64,000 bases of DNA, from positions 1,414 to 65,413 of the IMG/VR virus record IMGVR_UViG_3300047557_002497. The stretch is one strand, 5' to 3'. Within the stretch, counting starts at the first letter, position 1; each line of letters begins with the position of its first letter. Made by a program: the position numbers and the translations under genes. Below, piece after piece: positions 36,095 through 47,000 of this stretch. The stretch comes from a virus. Lineage: Duplodnaviria > Caudoviricetes. The notes under the pieces are model-generated. The model saw nothing but the letters and a program-made list of their open reading frames with translations. It ran no database searches and had not been told where the DNA came from.

Positions 36095-36322
36095 TTACCT
36101 AGCTCCCATTGCTTTGACAATTATTGTCAGCTCTGTGAGGACGCTTGTCGTCTGTTTCTCACGCTCAAAAGAATTGTGCATTTGCTCGAAGAGCTTGCCA
36201 GTCAGATCATCGATCTTTTTGTCTTTTTGCTGATTCTGCCATATTGAGTAGATATTCCAGACACCAAGAACTCCATAACCAGTTAGAACAGTGACGATCG
36301 AATCAAATATGTTACCTTCCAT
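36095..36322 (-). CDS. putative holin
   Basis: N-terminal TM plus coiled coil within the lysis cassette. Confidence 0.55.
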   Translation of the reverse strand: MEGNIFDSIVTVLTGYGVLGVWNIYSIWQNQQKDKKIDDLTGKLFEQMHNSFEREKQTTSVLTELTIIVKAMGAR

Positions 36323-36578
36323 TTCCCATTACTCCTCCATCCCTTATCTTATAAAACTCAACAAGAGATTCATGACGTTCTCCACACGCCAGTAGATTAG
36401 AACGATCAGAAATCCAAAGCTTCTCCACTTCAGATTGGCTCAATTCTCTATTAGGAAGAATAACTGGTCTTGAACATTTCACAACCAAAGATGCCGGTGG
36501 ATCTACTAATACAGGAGGTTCAATCGATCCTATTGATTCTGCGCACGCTGTCAACAGAAATAGCTGGCCTAGAAGCAT
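36312..36578 (-). CDS. o-spanin (Rz1-like lipoprotein)
   Basis: LFLLTAC lipobox, Pro-rich; overlaps the i-spanin 3' end. Confidence 0.7.
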   Translation of the reverse strand: MLLGQLFLLTACAESIGSIEPPVLVDPPASLVVKCSRPVILPNRELSQSEVEKLWISDRSNLLACGERHESLVEFYKIRDGGVMGNGR

Positions 36579-36861
36579 TAGGGTCCAAGTCGATTTCTGA
36601 CATGAGATTTTTGATTTCTTCATTTCTTTGCGCAAGAATCTCAGCGAGTTCTGCTTCCCTTTCATGAGCTAATCTTAGAGCCTCATTATTAGCTCTAGTT
36701 ATGCGATCTTTTTCAACTTGCATGGCACGCTCATATTTTTGAGTTGTCACTTCAACGCCATCGTTGAATGCATCGTGCCTGATGTAAAGACCGGCTCCCA
36801 CGAGCAGGGCAATGCCCAAGAAATAAGGCATAAACCTGTTAAAGACAATACTTGAAAGCAT
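36520..36861 (-). CDS. i-spanin (Rz-like)
   Basis: N-terminal TM plus coiled coil. Confidence 0.7.
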   Translation of the reverse strand: MLSSIVFNRFMPYFLGIALLVGAGLYIRHDAFNDGVEVTTQKYERAMQVEKDRITRANNEALRLAHEREAELAEILAQRNEEIKNLMSEIDLDPNASRPAISVDSVRRINRID

Positions 36862-36875
36862 GGATTAGTTTCCTA

Positions 36876-37022
36876 CGACTGTTTTGGACGTGTTGGTAGC
36901 GGGGCCTTGGGTGTTGGTGCAGGTAGCGCGGCCACAGGCGCGGCTAGCGTGGCAGGTTTGGCACCTGCCCGGTAGGGTGGCACCGGCCAGCAGCAAAAGC
37001 CAGCCAGCGGCCCGCTTATAGT
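36876..37022. repeat. 147-bp three-box element with TC/GA-free run, copy 2
   Basis: Box 1 36876-36897; hairpin 36969-36986; box 3 CCCGCTTATAGT 37011-37022; no TC or GA in 36888-37025. Confidence 0.85.
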
Positions 37023-37024
37023 GC

Positions 37025-37735
37025 TCAGACTGGCGTGAAACTTGCATCAGAATTCCTAAGACCAGTTCCTTTTACAACGAGCAGATTATCGATCAGTCCA
37101 CGCCAACGTTCATCCGAAAAACTGTATCCAGGTTGACCAATATTCACATCAACAGTGTTGTTGCCAACAACCACAGATCCAAATGAAGAATTTTTGCCAA
37201 CCATGACTCCATCTTTGAACATACGAAGATTTGATCCATTACGTGAAACTGCAAAATGGAATGTAGTTGTTCCGACTGCTCCACCTGATCCAGCTAGCGA
37301 TGATCCTGTATTCCAAGAGAATTCTAGATTTCCACCATTGGGAAGAATACCAAGTCCCCAACCATTATCAGGATTGTATGTCAAGTTACCAATCAAGAAA
37401 CGAACATATGTTCCAGGCGAAGAACTGAAATTTGACTTCGCCCATCCTTCAATAGAAAAGTCACCAGTTCCAAAATTCCAATCACTAGATGCGCCACAAG
37501 CAAGAAAACCTGTAGTTTCATTCGCTGGATTAATCGCAAGTGAAGAAGTTCCTTTCAACGCTCCAGTAGTTTCTAGAGCACAGACTCCATTAGCTGTGAG
37601 TGTTCTTCCTATTGGGCTTAGATCAAGAATAGTTGTTGATCCATCTGCTCCTTCTGCATCAATATAAAGAACTGTTCCAGAAGGTAATGAAGGACCTGCT
37701 GGAGCTAAGATTGCAGAGTTTACGACCATACTCAT
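37025..37735 (-). CDS. LamG/concanavalin-A-like lectin tail protein
   Basis: FGTGDFSIEGW...HFAVSRNG..LRMFKDG...GLIDNL. Confidence 0.8.
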   Translation of the reverse strand: MSMVVNSAILAPAGPSLPSGTVLYIDAEGADGSTTILDLSPIGRTLTANGVCALETTGALKGTSSLAINPANETTGFLACGASSDWNFGTGDFSIEGWAKSNFSSSPGTYVRFLIGNLTYNPDNGWGLGILPNGGNLEFSWNTGSSLAGSGGAVGTTTFHFAVSRNGSNLRMFKDGVMVGKNSSFGSVVVGNNTVDVNIGQPGYSFSDERWRGLIDNLLVVKGTGLRNSDASFTPV

Positions 37736-38463
37736 GTTCTGTGCCCAATAAGAGTGACCTTAAGTCCTTTCGCAGTTCCATCACCAACTTGATCAACATC
37801 GATTGTTATTTCAGCATCATCGGCAAGAGATGAGTCACTGATGACCGCTGGAGTTGCAGCAGTTGTGGAAGTTTTTTCAGTGTTATCAATTGTCAACTTA
37901 GTGGAAAGAATAGAAACTCCACCTTCATTGATATCAACAGTGAAAATAGAACCAGAAGCCTGAGCAGTTGTCAAAGATGCTCTTACTGCAAGAACAGTGA
38001 AAGCATACTGCATTCTTATTGTCATCTTTGCAGTGCCAGTAGTGATTGCAGTGGCCTCATCACTTGCTGGAATTATAAGAGCCTCAGTCGGTCTTATTTC
38101 TGAAAGAGCAATTCTTCTTGTAGTCCACTTGATGATCGTGACACTTTCACCAGCAGCATCATCAACAATCACATCTCCATTTGGAGATTCAATTGTCATC
38201 TTTGTTGTTGTGAGAGTTTCAATCGTTCCAATGAAAATGTTATTCACAACGTTTCCAGTGAACCCAGAAACGAACACTCTATCACCAACAGCAAATCCAG
38301 CAGCTACGAATCCAGCTGCAGAATCATTGTAACTGTTATCAGTTGCCAAAGCACTGATTGTCGTTGCAGTGATCTTTATTGTTGGTGAGAGTTTTGAAAT
38401 CTCAACTATCTCAGTTCCAACATAAGATTCTGCGATTGTAAGATCTGTTACTCTATCGACCAT
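37732..38463 (-). CDS. tail fibre/structural protein
   Basis: Thr-rich; ITIDVDQVGDGTAKGLKVTLIG C-terminus. Confidence 0.65.
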   Translation of the reverse strand: MVDRVTDLTIAESYVGTEIVEISKLSPTIKITATTISALATDNSYNDSAAGFVAAGFAVGDRVFVSGFTGNVVNNIFIGTIETLTTTKMTIESPNGDVIVDDAAGESVTIIKWTTRRIALSEIRPTEALIIPASDEATAITTGTAKMTIRMQYAFTVLAVRASLTTAQASGSIFTVDINEGGVSILSTKLTIDNTEKTSTTAATPAVISDSSLADDAEITIDVDQVGDGTAKGLKVTLIGHRT

Positions 38464-41235
38464 TTAGTCCTCCGTAAACCTTTCGTTGCCTTCTTCTGTA
38501 ACCCTAGAGTTACCATCTTCAGTTACTCTAGACGAAGAAGTGTCATATTCAAATTCATGAGTTGCTGGTTGCATTGACAATAGACCATCTCTTCTTGAAT
38601 AAACCTCAACTCTTATTGTTCCATGAGATGGAGGTGTCCAAGTATCACCAGAAGTTGCAGGATCTTCAGTATGAACCAGAACATCATTTATGTATCCATA
38701 AAGAACATAGTCTGTTCCAGCTTCTGGACCTATATCAGTTTCTGTGTGATCATATATTATCGTTGAAGTTTGCTGAGTTCTATCCCTATGAGACCAAGTA
38801 AAAGTCAGTATTCCCTCTTGAGTCGCAGTGGGATAATACACAGAATTGATTTTGAAGTTACCTGGAGGATAAGGACGGTATGCTCTTTGATCTAGTGTCA
38901 CATCGATTTGAGGAGCATCTACAAGCGGGGTTTCTCCAAAGCCAGATGCAGCAGTGATTTTGGTTCCAACCACTTCACTCAGGACATATTCAGCACTATC
39001 AGATCCATAGGAAGTATCCCAAAAGAATACAGTCTCACCAACAAGATGCTTATGAGGAGTTGTATCCAAACAGCCACGACCGATTGTTATTTCACCAGTC
39101 ACTGTGTCAACTGCATCTACACGACAGTGCTCAAGAGTTTCTCCTGTTCCAATTTGAAGATGGCTTCCAACAACGACTGTGTCAATATCTATGAAATCAG
39201 ATATGAACAGTGTCTCTTCTATTGGGTCTATTTCGACATCAACAAGTCCAAATGGAGCGAAATCAAGATTTGATGCAAAATCGAAACCAGTTCCATCGTC
39301 TGTGTAGAGAATTGCATTTATCGCAGCAGTAGATTTCGCAGCAACTCCGAAGACATATCCAAATTCTGGATTTTCATTCAAAGTAGAATCAGTTGTAGTT
39401 TGACCATAGGTCATCACCAATTCGAAATATGGAATTTCTCCAGCGAGACTATATTCAATGTCATCAGGAAGTCTGGATGGATCAACCCAAGCAGTTCCAG
39501 TTGTTGAAACTAGAATTGTCTCTGGAGTTCTGAAGATGTCCTCAGACACAGTCAGCCTGACAGTATTGTCTCTGCCGTTACCAGAAGAAATTCCAAGAAC
39601 TCTCATAAGAGTTTGATTAAGTTTCCATCTTGGCAAAGTCAATTTTACGACATCACCAATATTAAGATTTCTTGCTCTTTGATCAGTGTAGATTGTGCAA
39701 GAGAAAAATGGAGATGAAAGACTTCTTAAATCTCTTTGTCCAGCATATGATGCGTTTCTTTGATTTGTGAAACCCTTATATTCTAGATCCTTTGATATCG
39801 GAACTCCTTGCTGTTGAACCATAGCAGTATCACTTATTGTGATATTTGCTTCATCACCAATCTCAGAGTCCCAGTATTTCACACTAACAGTATTGATCAA
39901 TTCAGAGATCAACGGTTTGTTAGGATTTGTTATTTTCTTAATGTTTGATGCATCAAATACTATGATGTCAGGATCATCAGGATCATAATCATCTCTTATG
40001 AGCCTTAGAATGAATTTTCCACTACTTCTTGAAACATAGATTGCTGCATCTATGTGACGAACTATTTCTCCAACAAAATTCTCGATTGTGGTCTGTTTGT
40101 CCCAAAGAAGAGACATTCCAAGACCTTCATTGTATAGAGTGTCAGCAACTCCTGTGAATGATGTCTCATCAACATCAGAATCAAGATATCCCATACCCCA
40201 ATCACGATCAGTCAAACATTCTCTGATCATATGAGCAGGATTCATATCAGAATGAACACTGATACTTTTTGCGTCACACTGAAGAAATTGTCCATTGTAT
40301 GGTTGAGTGACAACGATCGGTTTTGAAATATCATCGTCAGTAACAGAAACATTAGAGTTATTCTTCGCTTGTTGTCCATCAATAGTATCTGCTTCAAATG
40401 TTATTGTTGCTCCACCAGCTACTGGAATAGTTAGAATATAATCAAGAGCATGAGAATTAAAATCAAAAGTCCCATGGTTTAGAACATAAGTTGCAGATGG
40501 ATTACTGACAATCATTTTATATTGATTGACTAAAAAGCTGGTGTTTCCTGTTGGGTCTTTTTTCGCAAAAGATGAATTTGTATCAGATCCACCAGTATAA
40601 TTGCAAAGTTCAACGACACCACGAATTCTAAATGATGCACTGTAAATTGCTCCAGTCGTTCCGACCATAGTCGCAACATCAGAGGCACTGGCAGAAGTTG
40701 CACATATGACAGGAGAAATACTTGATCCACATGGAAGAAGCCATTGAAGTCCAGTAAAATTGTCTATAAATTCTTGATTGATAGAATTTATTGTTGAGCC
40801 AATTTCTGACTTCTCATCATACCATTGCTCAAGACCTTCTGTTCCTTTTACATGGATTCTCGTAGCACGAAAAGACCAAGGTTTGATATATGGACTTGTC
40901 CCAAGGTAAAGACCTCTAAGGACTGCTCCGACAACTCCACGATATGCTGGAATATTTGTTTCGATTTTGGATTGAAGATAATCATTTTGAAGCTGAGAAG
41001 GTCCACCCATCTCAATATCGAGAGTTCCTTCAATACCACCTTCTTTTTCATCACCACCGAAAATATTCGGTTCATTAATTGTTATTTGTCCACCAGTATT
41101 GTTTCCAGACCAAATTCTTTTCTTATCTATGTTGATTTGTGAGATATTGTCAATCGGTCCATGCGCGAGAATCATGTGAATCCCGAGCTTGTATTTATAA
41201 CCGATTGTTTGTTTTTTAGCTCTCCCCACGAGCAA
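38464..41235 (-). CDS. tail tip hub / central tail protein
   Basis: GYKYKLGIHM, PAYRG, MNPAHMIRECLT..WGMG, RGCLDT, RAYRPYPPG. Confidence 0.85.
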   Translation of the reverse strand: MLVGRAKKQTIGYKYKLGIHMILAHGPIDNISQINIDKKRIWSGNNTGGQITINEPNIFGGDEKEGGIEGTLDIEMGGPSQLQNDYLQSKIETNIPAYRGVVGAVLRGLYLGTSPYIKPWSFRATRIHVKGTEGLEQWYDEKSEIGSTINSINQEFIDNFTGLQWLLPCGSSISPVICATSASASDVATMVGTTGAIYSASFRIRGVVELCNYTGGSDTNSSFAKKDPTGNTSFLVNQYKMIVSNPSATYVLNHGTFDFNSHALDYILTIPVAGGATITFEADTIDGQQAKNNSNVSVTDDDISKPIVVTQPYNGQFLQCDAKSISVHSDMNPAHMIRECLTDRDWGMGYLDSDVDETSFTGVADTLYNEGLGMSLLWDKQTTIENFVGEIVRHIDAAIYVSRSSGKFILRLIRDDYDPDDPDIIVFDASNIKKITNPNKPLISELINTVSVKYWDSEIGDEANITISDTAMVQQQGVPISKDLEYKGFTNQRNASYAGQRDLRSLSSPFFSCTIYTDQRARNLNIGDVVKLTLPRWKLNQTLMRVLGISSGNGRDNTVRLTVSEDIFRTPETILVSTTGTAWVDPSRLPDDIEYSLAGEIPYFELVMTYGQTTTDSTLNENPEFGYVFGVAAKSTAAINAILYTDDGTGFDFASNLDFAPFGLVDVEIDPIEETLFISDFIDIDTVVVGSHLQIGTGETLEHCRVDAVDTVTGEITIGRGCLDTTPHKHLVGETVFFWDTSYGSDSAEYVLSEVVGTKITAASGFGETPLVDAPQIDVTLDQRAYRPYPPGNFKINSVYYPTATQEGILTFTWSHRDRTQQTSTIIYDHTETDIGPEAGTDYVLYGYINDVLVHTEDPATSGDTWTPPSHGTIRVEVYSRRDGLLSMQPATHEFEYDTSSSRVTEDGNSRVTEEGNERFTED

Positions 41236-41407
41236 TCTCCACAGCTTTCATTGCCATAGCATCATTGAGAGCAATAAGCTCTTCTTCAGGAATTCCTTCT
41301 TCAAGAAATTTCTTGAAATCTATATTATGTTTCCTGAAGAACTTTCTCATTCCAATAACACATTGTTTTACTTTTCTTGCATGATGAACTTTAACGATTA
41401 CACTCAT
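41216..41407 (-). CDS. small tail assembly protein
   Basis: C..GMRKFF..H.IDF..FL.EGI; conserved position. Confidence 0.65.
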   Translation of the reverse strand: MSVIVKVHHARKVKQCVIGMRKFFRKHNIDFKKFLEEGIPEEELIALNDAMAMKAVEIARGES

Positions 41408-41634
41408 TTTCCACCAGCTTTCTTTTTGATTGGGACAGTTTGAAGATCGCCATACCAAACGATGTTCGGACCATTGATATCTCTTGTTCCAAATAGAACA
41501 GGAATTTCTCTTCCATCTTCTGCTGTTGGTAATTGGAATTGATCTAGACCAGCAGCTTCTGGTGGCTTGATCTTAGGAGTAAGATACCTAAGAGCAGCAA
41601 ACGAAACTATGAGAAGAATTACTGTCGGCCACAT
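41404..41634 (-). CDS. small tail tip protein
   Basis: PTAEDGREIPVLFGT...NIVWYGD. Confidence 0.75.
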   Translation of the reverse strand: MWPTVILLIVSFAALRYLTPKIKPPEAAGLDQFQLPTAEDGREIPVLFGTRDINGPNIVWYGDLQTVPIKKKAGGK

Positions 41635-42429
41635 TTAAGCTATTGAACTCCCACCCATTGGATTCTTTGTTGGGATATGATCAAATCCACCATAGTTCAG
41701 CAGATTGTCAAATTTCACTCTGCATGTATCTCTAGACTTGTTGCATCCAGGATAAATTTTCGCTGTCATTCCAGGACCTTGAATAGCAAATTGAGATACC
41801 ATTGAAAAGTTCAATCTTTGAACCTGAATTGAAGTTCCAGAATGCCCAATAACGAACAGGAAAGAATTGTCTGGAGAAGTGATTATACCTCCAGCAAAAT
41901 ATCCATCATCAAATCCAGAGGCTTCTGGAACTATTAGAGTATTTCCAGAGATTGCATCTATTGTGACATCGTTTTCAAAATCTGCAAGAAGAAGTTTACA
42001 ACCTCTTCCATAAAGTGCGTGGCGACAAGATTTTTGAAATCTTGCTCTAAGACCAATTCTGCTAAAGCTGGTGAAGATAGATTCTACAGAAAGATCTAAC
42101 TTCTCATCTTCGGTTGGTTGAAAACTTGCGACTCGTCCTTTCCAAGTAACTTCTGTAACTCCATCAATATTACTGAAGACAGTAACACTCATGGGATTTT
42201 CAGATGTCGCTGTTAAGATAGTAACTGCAAGATCACAATCAATCGGAATTGTAACTGTCAAGTTCGCTTTTGAGATTTCATTCTTCTGTTGAATATCATT
42301 TCTCTCAATTGTTAGCGGAACATAGATTTCATCACCATCGCCAGCATCATAGATTATATCTGCTTTTCCAGACGTAAAAGTCCAGATCGTTGATGCCTGA
42401 GCAAATCTGAATATTTCATACAGGATCAT
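41635..42429 (-). CDS. tail tip protein (GTA gp13/BR0599-like, Fe-S Cys motif)
   Basis: C.HALY...C; YPGCNKS..TC..KFDNLLNYGGF..IP. Confidence 0.85.
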   Translation of the reverse strand: MILYEIFRFAQASTIWTFTSGKADIIYDAGDGDEIYVPLTIERNDIQQKNEISKANLTVTIPIDCDLAVTILTATSENPMSVTVFSNIDGVTEVTWKGRVASFQPTEDEKLDLSVESIFTSFSRIGLRARFQKSCRHALYGRGCKLLLADFENDVTIDAISGNTLIVPEASGFDDGYFAGGIITSPDNSFLFVIGHSGTSIQVQRLNFSMVSQFAIQGPGMTAKIYPGCNKSRDTCRVKFDNLLNYGGFDHIPTKNPMGGSSIA

Positions 42430-43999
42430 ATTGAACCTCAATGGTTCTGACGCTTGATCGCGCTATTCCAGCTCCAACATAATCAATCTGAACTTCATCA
42501 CTGTTTAGTCTTTTGTAAGACAACCAGCAGGCTCGATCGATTAAACTAGGATCAAGAGAAATAGTATCGTCAAGTGTCAGACGGATAGTTGAAGAAGAAA
42601 TAAGAGCTTTGTCTGTGACTAAAAGGATATGCCAGTTTGATCCTTCTTGCAATGCAATATAGGACCGATCAGAAGGGAATTGTAAGAGTTCATCTTGTTC
42701 AATATCTATAGTTGTCGTTATTGTTGATGAATTCTTAATTCTGAAATCTCTTTCAAAAGAAGGCTCCCAGAACGAACGATATCTTCCCATTCTTCTAACT
42801 ACGAATTTTCTAAATTCATGAATTTCCTCATGTGTCTCTAAGATGACATTTCTATTTCTCGCATTCTTAGAATAGAGCCAACTTGCATAATGACTTATTG
42901 GTCCGAGACCAGTATCAAAGATCATCATGTTGGTGCTGATATCATCACTTGAATTATTAGAATCGAGAAGAGTATTCTCTGTATAGAGATCCTCTCCTAG
43001 AAATGTGTCAGGTGTCTGAGACAAATATTCAATAAGCTCTTTGACATGAAAAGTTATAGAAAACTCAGAATCAAGACCATTATATTTGCGAGTCACAGAA
43101 TTTGGAATTACCGCTACTCTCATGGGCATGATAATCGCATTTGAGAATTCGTCAATCAAAGTGCTGAATTTAACAGTTGTGGATAGAACATGGTCTACTC
43201 CAACAATCTGCCATTTATCAGTTGATTGCCATATGAATGCGAATGATCCTCTGAAATAATCATGGAATTCAACATTACTGAATGTCAATTCTTGAGTTCC
43301 AGCACTGATGGACCCAATGAAAGAAGGTTGTGTCCAAAGAGGAACGAACCATTCAAGACCAAGAGCTCCATAAACAATATTCATTGCTCTTGGAGTTTCT
43401 TTATATTTCGAAGGAAAATCAAACTCTAGAATTTGAGTCATTCTGCTAGAAAGACTAACTCTTGTTTCTTTTCCATCAATCATATCATGAATTTCAGTAA
43501 GGAAAGAAAGTCTCTCCCTGACTGGTGCTGCTGGTTGAACAGCCAAGATTGCTGGAGAATAATCTACTGTGAGATAAACATATGTTGAATCTGATTCGTC
43601 GCTTATGCACAAAGCTGCAATCTGATGAGTTCCTTCACCAACTAAATCTGCTGGAATGACCAATGAGAAATTCTGTGCTACAGAATAACTTTCATCACTT
43701 CCATTAAAACTTCCAACATAAACTCCATCAAGATAGATGAATGCAGCATGTTCAAGTTTTCCAGAAATTAGAATTGGTTTCCCATCTTCAGCGACGAAGT
43801 TTCTTCTGATCCACAAAGCATCAGTAGTGTCCCATGCAGTTTCTATTGGGATTTCAAGAATAGAATCTCCAACAGTTCCAAATGGTGAAAATCCAGATGT
43901 CCACCCAATGGAAGGCACTACCTCTGAATCTGGATTAGAGGGGAATACATTCGTTGCAGTCTGGTATTCCCAAGCTGCTATTGGCTCAACTAGAGACAC
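42416..43999 (-). CDS. distal tail protein with N-terminal carbohydrate-binding-like domain
   Basis: Follows tape measure; WIRRNF...IYLDG beta-sandwich N-terminus; GRYRSFWEPSF. Confidence 0.65.
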   Translation of the reverse strand: MSLVEPIAAWEYQTATNVFPSNPDSEVVPSIGWTSGFSPFGTVGDSILEIPIETAWDTTDALWIRRNFVAEDGKPILISGKLEHAAFIYLDGVYVGSFNGSDESYSVAQNFSLVIPADLVGEGTHQIAALCISDESDSTYVYLTVDYSPAILAVQPAAPVRERLSFLTEIHDMIDGKETRVSLSSRMTQILEFDFPSKYKETPRAMNIVYGALGLEWFVPLWTQPSFIGSISAGTQELTFSNVEFHDYFRGSFAFIWQSTDKWQIVGVDHVLSTTVKFSTLIDEFSNAIIMPMRVAVIPNSVTRKYNGLDSEFSITFHVKELIEYLSQTPDTFLGEDLYTENTLLDSNNSSDDISTNMMIFDTGLGPISHYASWLYSKNARNRNVILETHEEIHEFRKFVVRRMGRYRSFWEPSFERDFRIKNSSTITTTIDIEQDELLQFPSDRSYIALQEGSNWHILLVTDKALISSSTIRLTLDDTISLDPSLIDRACWLSYKRLNSDEVQIDYVGAGIARSSVRTIEVQYDPV

Positions 44000-44000
44000 C

Positions 44001-47000
44001 TTAACCTCTTCCGTTAAGAATACCAGATTTCTGAATTTCGTTTATAAGAACTTGGTTTCCCTCTGGTGAAGTCAAGAACTGACCAACAATACTAGGATCA
44101 ACAACATTGATGTTTGTCAGTTTTACTTCTGGCTTCACAACTTGATTTTGGCCACCTTGATTTTGGGTCTTTCTTTGGTCAGCTTGTTGTCCTGGAGTTA
44201 GAATATCAACACGCTCATCAGGTCTTTTATTGAAAGCAACAACTTGAGTATCAGTGCTCCCAGGACCTGTCGGAAGGATACTACCACCGCCAGCAAAGCC
44301 TCCAAGACCACCAAGACCAAAGCCTCCAGGGATACCAAGCAATCCTCCAAGGAAGCCTAGCAGAAGTCTCTGGGCAGCGAGTTTCAGTAGTTGAGCAAAC
44401 AAATCTGCAAACAACTGTCTCAAGTTAAGCTGACCAGTTTTAGCGAATTCAACAATCGCATCAGCAGCACTGTTCGCAGCGTTAACGATGACGCCACCAA
44501 CAGCTTCACCGAATTGTCCAGCAGATTGAATACTAGATGCAATCGCTGCACGGAAACCTCCACCAATACTTCCTGCTGCACGATCAGCATTGATCTGCAT
44601 CTCTCTAAGTTTTTCGTTGTATTGCCCCATGGTGATAACACCTTGAGCAAACAACTGATTAAGAGCTTCTTGACCAATTTTCAACTGATCTTGAGGCCCA
44701 AGGATAGATTCTAGAATAGAACCTTGAGCTTTGGCGACTTCAAGAGCAATTGTCGCAGCAGCGACTTGTTGTTGTTCAGCAGCAGAAAGATCTCTCTTTA
44801 ATGCAGATGAGATTTGATCAATATTGTTATTGATCTCTTTTTGGATACCATATTGTTTCTCAAGCTCGATTTTTTCTTTAAGTTTTTCGAGCTCTGCTCC
44901 AAAATCTGCACTATTTGCACCACCTCCACCACCTGCTCCTGCTCCAGGTGCTCCCGGTCCACCAGGAATTAAACTATTGATTCCAGAATCACCAGCAGGA
45001 GCATTATCAAGAGCACTTGCCTCTGTGAAAATATCAGTGACTGCTCCAACTGCTTTGTCTTTAAGATTAACTAGAGAATCTCCAAATCTTCCAACATAGT
45101 CAACTTGAGCATTTCCAAAAGCATCAGCAATTGCTCCACCAGCATTTGCGAGATTTTCTGTTAATTGAGCAGTGTCAGTCTTCAAAGCAGAAAGATCACC
45201 AGCCTTGCTGATAGCAAAGAAAGTATCGACCCCAAGATTGTCATCAACACCTGGAAGACTTGCCATGATTTCAGCAATTGTTCCAATCGCAAAAGCAACT
45301 TTTTGAACAATGAAGTTGATTGCATCAATAACAATATTCTTTGCAAGAGCCATCGCTAGAGCAAAAGCTGCTGGAATTCCTTGTGTGACTATTGGTCCAA
45401 TCGCATTAATTAAACCAACGAAAAGTCCAATCGTTGTATTGATGAATGACTTTATAAATCCTAGAATGTTACCAATAGTGATTCCCCAATTGGAAAGCCA
45501 ATTGTTGAGTTTGTTAACTTGATCTGTGAAGAATGTCGCAGCAGCCTGAATCATATTTGAGAAACCAGTAGTGACTGCGCTAACTAGACCAACAAATATA
45601 TTCCAAACAGCTTGAATTGCTCCCCAAATCCTTTGCATCACAACAAGGAATATAGAGCCCAAAGAAGCAGAGACACCGTTGAATTCTATGATAGAATCAC
45701 GAAAGAGATAAATTGCTCCAATTGCAAGAGTGATGGCAGTGATAATAGCTGTGATTGGATTCGCAAGAAGACTTGCTGTGAACATCCACATCGCACCAGT
45801 GGCGAGACGAATTGCTCCAGTCAGAAGAGGGAATGTTGCTGCAAATCTTGCAGTGAAACCAGAAGCAGCAGCTTTCGCTCCTGCAAGTCTTGTCGTAGCA
45901 GCAGCTTCTGCAGTTTCAGCTGCGATTAGTTGTCCTCTAATGGCAGTAGTTCTTGAAGCAATTCCTTGCTCAATCGCTTCTGCTTGATAAAGACGAATTG
46001 TGGCTGCTGACAAACGATCTCTAGCAGCCTGATTTGCAATGTATTGTCCAGTTTGAAGATCTCTTGCTCTACCATTAGCGAATGCAGCAGTAGCAGAAGC
46101 ATATTCTGCTTGAGCAGAAGCTAGGACAACCGATGCTCTACTACCAGCTATCGTCATATTCTCTAATTGAGCAGCAGTGTCTACTCTAGTAGCAGCAGCA
46201 TTTGCAAGACTTCTAGCAGCACCTACGACTTGAATATTATAGAATCTGGAAATTGCCAAACCTGCTCTTGTGACCATATCCACATATGAGCCAATTCGCC
46301 CAAGAACAGCAGCACCAAAAGAAGCAGCGAATCCAGCAGCGACTAGTCCAAGACCAACTATAAGGACATCGATATTCTGTGAAATAGCAATGATCGCACT
46401 TGCGATAGCAGCACTTGCTCCAGTCGCATCATCAAAGTCATCAATGAATTTCTTAAGATTATTTCTTGCAATTAAGAATGCAGATTCAATGGTCGGTTGT
46501 GTTTGAGCAAATAAAGCATCAACACCAGACTGAGAAGCTTCAATCGCTTTGAAAATAATATCAGCAGTCAACTTTCCTTCACGACCAAGTTCTCTCAGAG
46601 TTCCTCTGCTGACATTTCCAAATTGTTGTGTCTTATTAAGATAATCAACAAGAATATCAGCAACATAAGGAAGTTGTTCCAAGACAGAACGAAGTTCGTC
46701 ACCAGACAAACGGTCAGAGGCAAGACCTTGCCCGAGTTGGACGAGAGCAGCATTTGCTTCTTGGGCAGATGCGCCTGATAGAACTGCTGCTTTCTGTAAT
46801 GTCTCTGTAACATTGATAACTTGTTGTTGACTGACACCGAGTTGTCTTGCAGAAAGAGCAATTCTGCTGTAAATATCAGCAGTAGATTCTATGGCTGAAC
46901 GAGATCTATTTGCAGATTCGAAAAGGGCATTTTGAACTTGCTGAAGATTTGCTGCGCTCGTCGTAGTAAGACGAAGTCTATTTTCCATATTCGTCAGAGC

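Noticed and set aside
36865-37047. 60-aa minus-strand ORF across element copy 2
   Set aside because: No RBS. It is probably open only because the element is GC-rich and TGA is excluded. Its TNTSKTV match to DUF3310 is simply the shared 22-bp box.
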